Shown: piece by piece, positions 11,035-41,958 of the stretch
Layout: every line of letters begins with the position of its first letter
How positions within the stretch are numbered: position 1 is the first letter of the stretch
Assembly: GCF_902652985.1 (NCBI RefSeq)
Contig: NC_047017.1
Location: 20,398,001-20,462,000 of the forward strand
DNA length: 64,000 nt
Direction of reading: 5' to 3'
From: Pecten maximus
Taxonomy: Eukaryota
The notes under the pieces: model-generated
Seen by the model: the letters and a program-made list of their open reading frames with translations, nothing else
Databases searched by the model: none
Told to the model about the DNA's origin: nothing
Position numbers and translations under genes: made by a program

Positions 11035-12240
11035 TATAACAACAAATTAAACAGTTTACATCCAGATATCAAATACACTTTTGAGTCAAGTGAGAATACA
11101 TTGACATGTTTGGATGTTTTAATACAATTGAAAGACAGGATTATTACTACTGATCTATATTGTAAACCAACATATTCGCACAATCATTTAATTTTTTATT
11201 TTAGTCATCCTAAACATACAAACCTCAATGTACCATTTAACCTTGCATCTAGATTAGTTCCTACTGTGGGTGATAATAACAGATTAGAGGAACGACTTTG
11301 TGATTTAGTTGTGTTTTTGAAAAAAACAACATTACCCTATTGAGATAATTTTGAATGGAATAAAGAAAGCTAAGAAAAAGGGACCTTTTACTTCCCATGT
11401 CGCAAGCCAAAAGAACACAGACATTTTTCCTTTTGTGTCTACACACAATCCAAACAATTTTAATATTTTCCCGATCATTAGAAGTTTTGAGGGTTTTCTT
11501 AAGAATAGTGACAAGATGAAAAAGGTTTTGGACAGAAACAAAATCACAAATTGTAAGCGACAACCAAGAAATTTGAAACGTTTATTATGCCGTTCAAAAT
11601 TTGATTCTGAACAGCAAATTCCATGTATATCTAAATGTGGTAGACCTAGATGTGGTACATGTAAAAGTATCATAGAATGTTCCAATTTTACGTTCAAAAA
11701 TTTCAAATCAAAGCAAATATGAATTGTATATTTGCAAAAATTGTTCAGAATTTTACATTGGCCAGACGGGCAACGAAAATAGAAAACGTAAGACAGTACA
11801 TGACAGCAAATAAGAACAGACAATCTAAGATTTTTAACGGTTAGTAAACATATGTACCAATGTTCTAAAAGTGAGTTTTATGTTTTACTTATATACCAAA
11901 TGTCTAGCTCAAATGCTATAGAAGGGAATGAAAAGAAAATATGTATATTAATATATTAAAACCACGTCTTAATTCATGTAGTTCTGTGTAGTTATTGTAA
12001 AAACAGTTGTTTTCCTTTACATAATTTCTAATTGTGTGTCTTTTTATTTTGACGTCATCAATTTTGTATTTATGTGTACTTTTGGTCATTGTCTTTTATG
12101 ACGTCATCAATCTCTGTTGTTTTGACGTAACCATAGCACACAGTGATGACGTCACAAATAAGCCCTTTCATTTCACCTGAAGAGCTTGCCTTCAAAGCAT
12201 GTGAAAGCGCTTTTGATTTTCTGGTTTGTGTTTGCTGAAA
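11035..12240 (+). mobile_element. 5'-truncated, degenerate Penelope-like retroelement (RT C-terminus + GIY-YIG endonuclease region + 3' terminal region)
   Basis: LNSLHPDIKYTFE...LDVLI...TTDLYCKPT.SH..L.F.F.HPKH..NVPFNLASRL is the PLE RT thumb; KRQPRNLKRLL..SKF and KCGRPRCGTC are the linker/Zn knuckle; stops and frameshifts present. Confidence 0.85.
12170..12218 (+). ncRNA. Degenerate minimal type I hammerhead ribozyme at the Penelope-like 3' end
   Basis: ttcac-CTGAAGA-gcttgc(cttcaaa)gcatgt-GAAA-gcgc-TT-ttga; stem I is imperfect. Confidence 0.5.
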
Positions 12241-12289
12241 ATGAAAGTCTAAATTGGGGTCGATTGTCAACAGTTTAATTAGCCAGACA

Positions 12290-14880
12290 GATGTCATCAG
12301 AGCTAACCAACAGTGTATGTAATCAGAGCTAACCAACAGTGTATGTAATCAGAGCTAACCAACAGTGTATGTAATCAGAGCTAACCAACAGTGTATGTAA
12401 TCAGAGCTAACCAACAGTGTATGTAATCAGAGCTAACCAACAGTGTATATTATCAGTGCTAACCAACAGTGTATATTATCAGAGCTAACCAACAGTGTAT
12501 ATTATCAGAGCTAACCAACAGTGTATATTATCAGAGCTAACCAACAGTGTATGTTATCAGAGCTAACCAACAGTGTATGTTATCAGAGCTAACCAACAAT
12601 GTATGTTATCAGAGCTAACCAACAGTGTATATCATCAGAGCTAACCAACAGTGTATATCATCAGAGCTAACCAACAGTGTATGTCATCAGAGCTAACAGA
12701 GTATGTCATCAGAACTAACAAACAGTGTATGTCATCAGAGCTAACCAACAGTGTATATCATCAGAGCTAACCAACAGTGTATGTTATCAGAACTAACAAA
12801 CAGTGTATGTTATCAGAGCTAACAAACAGTGTATATCATCAGAGCTAACCAACAGTGTATGTTATCAGAGCTAACCAACAGTGTATGTAATCAGAGCTAA
12901 CCAACAATGTATATTATCAGAGCTAACCAACAATGTATGTTATCAGAGCTAACCAACAGTGTATGTAATCAGAGCTAACCAACAATGTATATTATCAGAG
13001 CTAACCAACAGTGTATGTTATCAGAGCTAACCAACAGTGTATATTATCAGAGCTAACCAACAGTGTATATTATCAGAGCTAACCAACAATGTATTTTATC
13101 AGAGCTAACCAGCAATGTATGTCATCAGAGCTAACCAACAGTGTATGTAATCAGAGCTAACCAACAGTGTATGTAATCAGAGCTAACCAACAGTGTATGT
13201 AATCAGAGCTAACCAACAGTGTATGTAATCAGAGCTAACCAACAGTGTATATTATCAGAGCTAACCAACAGTGTATATTATCAGAGCTAACCAACAGTGT
13301 ATATTATCAGAGCTAACCAACAGTGTATATTATCAGAGCTAACCAACAGTGTATGTTATCAGAGCTAACCAACAGTGTATGTTATCAGAGCTAACCAACA
13401 ATGTATGTTATCAGAGCTAACCAACAGTGTATGTTATCAGAGCTAACCAACAGTGTATGTTATCAGAGCTAACCAACAATGTATGTTATCAGAGCTAACC
13501 AACAGTGTATATCATCAGAGCTAACCAACAGTGTATATCATCAGAGCTAACCAACAGTGTATGTCATCAGAGCTAACAGAGTATGTCATCAGAACTAACA
13601 AACAGTGTATGTCATCAGAGCTAACCAACAGTGTATATCATCAGAGCTAACCAACAGTGTATGTTATCAGAACTAACAAACAGTGTATGTTATCAGAGCT
13701 AACAAACAGTGTATATCATCAGAGCTAACCAACAGTGTATGTTATCAGAGCTAACCAACAGTGTATGTAATCAGAGCTAACCAACAATGTATATTATCAG
13801 AGCTAACCAACAGTGTATATTATCAGAGCTAACCAACAATGTATTTTATCAGAGCTAACCAGCAATGTATGTCATCAGAGCTAACCAACAGTGTATGTAA
13901 TCAGAGCTAACCAACAGTGTATGTAATCAGAGCTAACCAACAGTGTATGTAATCAGAGCTAACCAACAGTGTATATTATCAGAGCTAACCAACAGTGTAT
14001 ATTATCAGAGCTAACCAACAGTGTATATCATCAGAGCTAACCAACAGTGTATATCATCAGAGCTAACCAACAGTGTATGTCATCAGAGCTAACAGAGTAT
14101 GTCATCAGAACTAACCAACAGTGTATATCATCAGAGCTAACCAACACTGTATGTTATCAGAACTAACAAACAGTGTATGTTATCAGAGCTAACCAACAGT
14201 GTATATCATCAGAGCTAACCAACAGTGTATGTTATCAGAGCTAACCAACAGTGTATGTAATCAGAGCTAACCAACAGTGTATATTATCAGAGCTAACAAA
14301 CAGTTTATGTTATCAGAGCTAACCAACAGTGTATGTTATCAGAGCTAACCAACAGTGTATATTATCAGAGCTAACAAACAGTTTATGTTATCAGAGCTAA
14401 CCAATTGTGTGTGTCATCAGGGCTAACCAGCAGTGTATGTTATCAGAGCTAACAAACAGTGTATGTCATCAGAGTTAACCAACAGTGTATGTCATCAGAG
14501 CTAACCAACAGTGTATGTTATCAGAGCTAACAAACAGTGTATGTTATCAGAGCTAACCAACAGTGTATATTATCAGAGCTAACAAACAGTTTGTGTTATC
14601 AGAGCTAACCAATTGTGTGTGTCATCAGGGCTAACCAGCAGTGTATGTTATCAGAGCTAACAAACAGTGTATGTCATCAGAGCTAACCAGCAGTGTATGT
14701 TATCAGAGTTAACAAACAGTGTATGCTATCAGAGCTAACAAACAGTGTATATCATCAGAGTTAACCAGAAGTGTTTGTTTTCAAAGTTAACCAGAACGGT
14801 ATGTTTTCAGAGTTAACCAAAAGTGTATGTTTTCATAGTTAACGAGAAGTGTATGTTTTAAGAGCTAAACAGAAGTGTCT
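12290..14880. repeat. Minisatellite, 26-bp unit (atcagagctaaccaacagtgtatgta), about 100 copies
   Basis: Direct reading; block duplications marked by variant units; degenerates at the right end. Confidence 0.97.
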
Positions 14881-15029
14881 ATTTCCAGCATTATTAACTT
14901 TATCAATATATCATTCGATTTTATCATTAAATTATTCGATAATGAAGTTGTGCAATAATATAACAAAGTTATACAATAATATAATGGCATGTTGCAATCA
15001 TATACGAGAGTAAAAAATATGAAGATAAA

Positions 15030-15390
15030 AGATAATGATATAATGATGAAATCAAATAATATAACAACAACAGCGTATAATATAATGGTGTAACGTAATC
15101 ATATAATGATAACATCATATAATATGATGATAAAATCAAATAATATAATGACAACATATAATAATATAACGACAAAATCGAACAATACAATGATAAAATC
15201 GAATAATATAATGACAACATATAATAATATAACGACAAAATCGAACAATACAATGATAAAATCAAATAATATAATGACAACATATAATAATATAACGACA
15301 AAATCGAACAATACAATGATAAAATCGAATAATATATTGATAAAATCGAATAATACACTGATAAAGTATAATGATATAATGAAAACATCA
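15030..15390. repeat. AT-rich 21-bp tandem repeat with 63-bp higher-order unit
   Basis: aatgataaaatcgaataatat / aatgacaacatataataatat / aacgacaaaatcgaacaatac cycling. Confidence 0.88.
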
Positions 15391-16094
15391 ATTAATATAT
15401 TATTTTAAGGTCATGTGTGATGGTTATGGCGTCCATAGCCAAGTTGTATTATTTGCGGGTACAATGTATATATCTATCAGATGTGTGTCATTTTAACCGG
15501 CCAAAGGTCAAAGCATGAAATAACACATTATGTGATAACTGCGATATACCTTCGTTCTTGTTAGTTGTGTAATGTAACTTTAACTAGTGTAGAGAATAAT
15601 TTACTTTGAAAGACGTCATATTAACTTTTCCAATCGTGTATCATCACCCGTTCATTCTGGGTTTTGATACAAGTTTAACTAATAAAGTATTGTGTTATAA
15701 ACTGGTTATCATTTGTTTTTCTTTGCTATTACATAATTTCAAAAAAAAATAATCTTGAACATTGTTGAAGAGCAAAAGCAAATTACACTGTACCTATTTT
15801 GCAATGTATTTCAGATATCGAATACAATGCTCATTTTGGGTTTAATATATCATTAAAAAAATTGTTGTCTTTCTTTTCCAATTGCTTAAAATATAGTGTC
15901 TTATTTTCAAGATATCAATATATTGTCATTGTACGCTAATAATGTTATATCACAAAAGTAAACACAATCTACTAAATCGTCTTTCCTGAAAGGCTTATTT
16001 CTATTGTTATGTTTCTTCTTTTCCTGTTCTTGTATTAATAAATAAAGTATGCTTACAATTTAAATGACCCTAAGGAATCCCAAAGGATAGCAAA

Positions 16095-18240
16095 AGGGCT
16101 CTCAGAACAACTACAGAGGATAAAGGGCTATCAGAACAACTACAGAGGATAAAGGGCTATCAGAACAACTACAGAGGATAAAGGGCTATCAGAACAACTA
16201 CAGAGGATAAAGGGCTATCAGAACAACTACAGAGGATAAAGGGCTATCAGAACAACTACAGAGGATAAAGGGCTATCAGAACAAATACAGAGGATAAAGG
16301 GCTATCAGGACAAATACAGAGGATAAAGGGCTATCAGAACAACTACAGAGGATAAAGGACTATCAGAACAACTACAGAGGATAAAGGGCTATCAGAACAA
16401 CTACAGAGGATAAAGGGCTATCAGGACAAATACAGAGGATAAAGGGCTATCAGGACAAATACAGAGGATAAAGGGATATCAGAACAAATACAGAGGATAA
16501 AGGGATATCAGAACAACTACAGAGGATAAAGGGCTATCAGAACAACTACAGAGGATAAAGGGCTATCAGGACAAATACAGAGGATAAAGGGCTATCAGGA
16601 CAAATACAGAGGATAAAGGACTATCAGGACAACTACAGAGGATAAAGGGCTATCAGGACAAATACAGAGGATAAAGGGCTATCAGAACAAATACAGAGGA
16701 TAAAGGGCTATCAGGACAACTACAGAGGATAAAGGGCTATCAGGACAACTACAGAGGATAAAGGGATATCAGAACAAATACAGAGGATAAAGGACTATCA
16801 GAACAACTACAGGGGATAAAGGGCTATCAGGACAAATACAGAGGATAAAGGGATATCAGAACAACTACAGAGGATAAAGGGCTATCAGGACAACTACAGA
16901 GGATAAAGGGCTATCAGGACAAATACAGAGGATAAAGGGATATCAGAACAAATACAGAGGATAAAGGACTATCAGAACAACTACAGGGGATAAAGGGATA
17001 TCAGAACAAATACAGAGGATAAAGGGATATCAGAACAACTACAGAGGATAAAGGGCTATCAGAACAACTACAGAGGATAAAGGGATATTAGAACAACTAC
17101 AGAGGATAAAGGGATATCAGAACAAATACAGAGGATAAAGGGATATCAGAACAACTACAGAGGATAAAGGACTATCAGAACAACTACAGAGGATAAAGGA
17201 CTATCAGAACAACTACAGAGGATAAAGGGATATCAGAACAACTACAGAGGATAAAGGGCTATCAGGACAAATACAGAGGATAAAGGGCTATCAGAACAAC
17301 TACAGAGGATAAAGGGCTATCAGGACAACTACAGAGGATAAAGGGCTATCAGAACAACTACAGAGGATAAAGGACTATCAGGACAAATACAGAGGATAAA
17401 GGGCTATCAAGACAACTACAGAGGATAAAGGACTATCAGAACAACTACAGAGGATAAAGGACTATCAGAACAACTACAGAGGATAAAGGGCTATCAGAAC
17501 AAATACAGAGGATAAAGGGCTATCAGAACAACTACAGAGGATAAAGGGCTATCAGGACAAATACAGAGGATAAAGGACTATCAGAACAACTACGGAGGAT
17601 AAAGGGCTATCAGGACAAATACAGAGGATAAAGGACTATCAGAACAACTACAGAGGATAAAGGGCTATCAGGACAAATACAGAGGATAAAGGACTATCAG
17701 AACAACTACAGAGGATAAAGGGATATCAGAACAACTACAGAGGATAAAGGGATATCAGAACAACTACAGAGGATAAAGGGCTATCAGGACAAATACAGAG
17801 GATAAAGGACTATCAGAACAACTACAGAGGATAAAGGGCTATCAGAACAACTACAGAGGATAAAGGGATATCAGAACAACTACAGAGGATAAAGGGATAT
17901 CAGAACAAATACAGAGGATAAAGGGCTATCAGAACAACTACAGAGGATAAAGGGCTATCAGAACAACTACAGAGGATAAAGGGCTATCAGGACAAATACA
18001 GAGGATAAAGGGCTATCAGAACAAATACAGAGGATAAAGGGCTATCAGAACAAATACAGAGGATAAAGGGCTATCACAACAACTACAGAGGATAAAGGGC
18101 TATCAGGACAAATACAGAGGATAAAGGGCTATCAGGACAACTACAGAGGATAAAGGGCTATCAGAACAAATACAGAGGATAAAGGGCTATCAGGACAAAT
18201 ACAGAGGATAAAGGGATATCAGAACAACTACAGGGGATAC
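16095..18240. repeat. Minisatellite, 29-bp unit (tcagaacaactacagaggataaagggcta), about 74 copies
   Basis: Direct reading; variation is confined to a few biallelic positions. Confidence 0.97.
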
Positions 18241-19084
18241 TTAAGTAGTGATAGTACCATTAGACAAACTCAGGGTATATCAATAGTCATAAGACACGCA
18301 TATAGTTACCACTGGTGGTTGCTTTAACCACTTTGATAATAAAATTTATTCCAACACTACAATTTTCTACGATGATGCTGATTATGATGTTTGTTGTTGT
18401 GGTGGTGATAATGACTGAATTGTTCATCAAATATAATGGAATTTGTATTTAAAGAATTATGAAAAAATGACCCCGCATTTTCTTTGACCGAACTGGAACT
18501 CCGTCTGTCTAACTGTAAAAGAACTTAAAATTAAACAATAAATAAATATTGCTTAAATAAATGAATGAACCAATCAATCAATCAATAAACAAATACCTCT
18601 ATAGCAGCAGTAGATGGAAACGTGAACAGGTTCGATATGCGCTGCAAAGCCATAACAAAGTATAATATATACTATGATAGTTTTGATGTTTACATATAAT
18701 AATTACTTCGTCTAAAAGGTTTTTAGAATTGTTTGTTTATGAATATAAAGAAAACATCAGGAAAATCTAGAGAGCAATTGTATAAGAAACAGCTTTATGA
18801 GGGTTTGGGAAAGTTTGATAGAAAATGTAAAAGATGCAGTGCTTGTGTTTTGTGAGCTTAAAGGAACGGAACAGATGCAGAACAAAATTAGGATGAGAAG
18901 ACCAAGATGAAGAAAGGATCAACCGAAATGGTGGTACAATGACTTTGATATACTGAAAAAAAGGGTTAATCTGAATGTGTATCCAAGTATAGGGAGACTT
19001 GCTGGTAATCAGGAACTGTAATCCACCGAAAGAAACTTTATAACTATGTGTAAACATAGGCGAATAAGCTACAAAAATACAAAT

Positions 19085-21040
19085 GTGTGGGATGATCAGA
19101 TGGAACATGGATGATATAGATAATATGTGGAATGATCAGGTGGCACATGGATGATATAGATAATATGTGGGAATGATCCGGTGACACATGGTTTATACAG
19201 ATAATATGTGGAATGATCAGGTGACACATGGATGATACAGATAATATGTGGAATGATCAGGTGGACATGGATTATACAGATAATATGTGGAATGATCAGG
19301 TGACACATGGATGATACAGATAATATGTGGAATGATCAGGTGGTACATGGATGATACAGATAATATGTGGAATGATCAGGTGGTACATGGATGATACAGA
19401 TAATATGTGGAATGATCAGGTGGGACATGGATGATACAGATAATATGTGGAATGATCAGGTGGTACATGGATGATACAGATAATATGTGGAATGATCAGG
19501 TGGAACATGGATGATATAATTAATATGTGGAATGATCAGGTGAAACATGGATGGTACAAATGTGTGGAATGATCAGGTGGAGGATGGATGATACAGATAA
19601 TATGTGAAATGATGAGGTGGAAACATAGATGATACAGATATTATGTGGAATTATCAGGTGGAAACATGGATGATATAGATATGTGGAATGATGAGGTGGA
19701 AACACGGATGGTATAGATAATATGTGGAATGATCAGGTGGAAACATGGATGATATAGATATGTGGAATGATGAGGTGGAAACACGGATGGTATAGATAAT
19801 ATGTGGAATGATCAGGTGGCACATAGATGATATAGATAATATGTGGAATGATCAGGTGGAACATGGATGGTATAGATATTATGTGGAATGATGAGGTGAC
19901 ACATGGATGATACAGATAATATGTGGGAATGATCCGGTGACACATGGTTTATACAGATAATATGTGGAATGATCAGGTGACACATGGATGATACAGACAA
20001 TATGTGGAATGATCAGGTGGTACATGGATGATACAGATAATATGTGGAATGATCAGGTGGTACATGGATGATACAGATAATATGTGGAATGATCAGGTGG
20101 GCATGGATGATACAGATAATATGTGGAATGATCAGGTGGTACATGGATGATACAGATAATATGTGGAATGATCAGGTGGAACATGGATGATATAATTAAT
20201 ATGTGGAATGATCAGGTGAAACATGGATGGTACAAATGTGTGGAATGATCAGGTGGAGGATGGATGATACAGATAATATGTGAAATGATGAGGTGGAAAC
20301 ATAGATGATACAGATATTATGTGGAATGATCAGGTGGAAACATGGATGATATAGATATGTGGAATGATGAGGTGGAAACACGGATGGTATAGATAATATG
20401 TGGAATGATCAGGTGGCACATAGATGATATGTGGAATGATCAGGTGGAACATGGATGGTATAGATATTATGTGGAATGATGAGGTGACACATGGATGATA
20501 TAGATAATATGTGGAATGATCCGGTGACACATGGTTTATACAGATAATATGTGGAATGATCAGGTGGAAACATGGATGATACAGATATGTGGAATGATCA
20601 GGTGGAAACATGGATGATATAGATATGTGGAATGATCAGGTGGAAACATGGATGATATAGATAATATGTGGAATGATCAGGTGAGACATGGATGATATAG
20701 ATATTATGTGGAATGATGAGGTGACACATGGATGATATAGATAATATGTGGAATGATGAGGTGGCACCTGGATGATACAGATAATATGTGGAACGATCAG
20801 GTGGAAACATGGATGATATAGATAATATGTGGAATGATCAGGTGGAACATGGATGATATAGATATTATGTGGAATGATGAGGTGACACATGGATGATATA
20901 GATAATATGTGGAATGATGAGGTGACACATGGATGATACAGATAATATGTGGAATGACCAGGTGGTATATGGATGATACAGATAATATGTGGAATGATCA
21001 GGTGATACATGGATGATATAGATAATATGTGGAATGCCAG
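19085..21040. repeat. Minisatellite, about 40-bp unit (ggaatgatcaggtggtacatggatgatacagataatatgt), about 49 copies
   Basis: Direct reading; internal block duplication with a 676-bp offset (identical spurious ORFs at 19520 and 20196). Confidence 0.96.
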
Positions 21041-23268
21041 GAAGACATCAAATATGTTAAACAATAAAAATATGAGTATACTTTAAAATTTGATTATTAA
21101 AGGGTTACTCACTTCCGCAAAACATCCAACAGAGCAGAATTTGAAGGGGTGGCCTCGGTTATGCTTAGTACATTTGCAGCTGGTTTTTTCTCATGAACAG
21201 TATAGCTGTTAATAGGACGTTAAACAAAAACTGTGGTGTTGTGGGATATGGGTTGTCGGCTCCGAAGCGGCAGGGTGACCAACCAGGAAAGCAAATTTCT
21301 TGTCTTTTCCTAAACATATCTATTTTACTTAGAATAATATGCACAAGTTTAGGGAATGTTTCGGTGACTTAACTGTCTAAAGTTGCAAACACTCAGTGTC
21401 AATAACTATGCTAAATTCGCTGTGCATGCGATCATTTTCTTCACAGATATCTGTTTTACATGTTTGTAGAATAAGATGTCCACATCTTAGGAAATAATTA
21501 AGAGTTGTGCGATATAATTCAAGTAATAGTTTTATGTTAATGTCGGTTTTAAGCGAAGATGTGAAATATTATTTTTATCCGGAAGAATCTGTGAGGATAC
21601 TTTGGTTACAGTTTAGGAGAGCATTGGGGTTGGGACATTAAGTATGAAAATGTGTTAAGTATGCTTACAAAGGTATTGATTTATCTCACAGTTACTGGTA
21701 TATATGTTATACAATTATTCTTTGGTGCCATCTCTATTTGAAATAAAGATATATCTAATTAATAGATTATTAGATAAATAGAGGTACATCAATTAAAAAT
21801 AGTGATACATGTTTTTAAATAGAGATATCTTTAATAAATATGTAAAAAAAAAACCCGGCTTAATTGCCAAATATCTGACTGCCAGTAATTATACAAATAA
21901 TTACGGACACCTTTATAAATTACAAAACCGTGCTAGTTCAGAGAGGAAGGGAGAGAACCCCGTTAATATTTCACCCTATGAAATGTGGTATGAATGTATG
22001 CATAAATACATATTTTATTCATGAGCTTGTTTATAAAGAATGAAGATGAGTTGAGAAATATCTGTAAATGTAATGCCTTAGATCAAAATATATGTTAGTA
22101 GCATTTATATTTGCGTACATGTTAAATAGCAAAAGTAGACAGGGAAGTTGAAACTGCATTAATTAACACGCTGGCTGTATATGTTACATGCCTAACCACA
22201 CAGTCAGTCTTGTGATCTTCCGGGGTTTTCAGAGTTTATAAGTACCATCCCATAAGGATATATACATCCGTATCTGTCATATTGAAATCCCTTGGCTAGT
22301 TGTTCTGCGCTGATATATATGTAGTTTGCAGAGAAAAAAATATATTTTGGAAGCATTTTTATTTGGGCCATTGGCATAACAAAGTAATTATTGATACAAT
22401 TGAAAATGTTCACTATAGATTTATATACATCGGCGTTATTTCTCGTACAGGTTATATTTTACTTCAAGATATCTCAAAACGGTTTTCGTGCACTCATGAT
22501 CAGAGACTTGTATATAAATACAAGTCTCTGCATGGTGTAGGCCTATATCACATAATTTTTTCATCTATCTAGATCTAGACTTCTAACATTTCTGATAAAC
22601 AATAAAAATAATTACGTGGTTTTCCGGCTATGTCGTACGTTATGATTTATAACTAAAATTGCAGAAATTTGAAGGCTCTGCAATCGACATAAATATAAGT
22701 AGGTCTAGCAGTGAAATAAGCTCAATTCCCTGCGGAGAAGGTGATCGGCAGCACACCGTTATGTCTGGGAAACAAGATTTGACCCGACTTATATTAAAGG
22801 ACGCCAAGCTCCACCAATCAATCAATCCTATTGTTGTTTTATCAGGTCGAGAGTTATTTTGTGTACAGAACCTATATCACTTCCATGGGAAAGCAGTGCA
22901 GAGTTAGAGGAAGCCTCTTTACCAGAGACGTATCTGCTTGCATGCATAAATACGTCTATACAGAGACCTATATCTCTGGTCTATATATTCTATGTCTCTG
23001 CTAAGATTCATCCTTAAATTTCTGTTAATGCTTTCATATGGATTTTTTTTTTAAAGATAAGGTATTTTCTTTATAAGGAACGTTGAGAAACTAGGGACAT
23101 ACGTACTTATCACATAACATTCTAAAATTAAACGTTTTGTGATTGTTTAGTAGCAATGACGATATAACAAATCGAAAAGTCACAGATTTAGAACTCTTCA
23201 ATTTTTTTGAGCAAACGCGGGAACCGTGGGAAATCACTTGTGAACCCCAAAGACAAGCTTAACACATT

Positions 23269-23280
23269 CAAGATGGCGAC
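23269..23280 (+). promoter_or_regulatory. YY1-like motif, probably near the PPP4R3 transcription start
   Basis: CAAGATGGCGAC about 300 bp upstream of the ATG; the YY1 consensus is CAAGATGGCGGC. Confidence 0.4.
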
Positions 23281-23573
23281 CATAATGGACTGAATGCGAT
23301 GTTTATGGTGCAAATGTTATTACAAAGTACCCCTCGAAATCCAAAGGTATTATCAGATTGTAGTGTTACTGCTTGCTATTTATATTTTGAAGAAATGATT
23401 GTTTGTTGTGACATCATTTTAACTGAATTCTAAATGGTCGAATTTGAATTTTGCAGATCGAGTGGCGGTGGATTCAATCTCGGCCAATGTCTCGTTGATC
23501 TGGATAAAAAGTGTTATATATGACAACGGGGGTAACATCTTTGGCAAGTAAAATCGGATCGTCCCCAAGTTGA

Positions 23574-41958
<18,385 letters not shown>

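Noticed and set aside
12290-21040. CRISPR-like appearance of the 26/29/40-bp arrays
   Set aside because: Units are head-to-tail with no unique spacers, there are no cas genes, and the context is a spliceosomal eukaryote.
14969-21064. Repetitive ORFs (SLYY.., HLIIPHII..)
   Set aside because: Translations of minisatellites with no splice or domain support.
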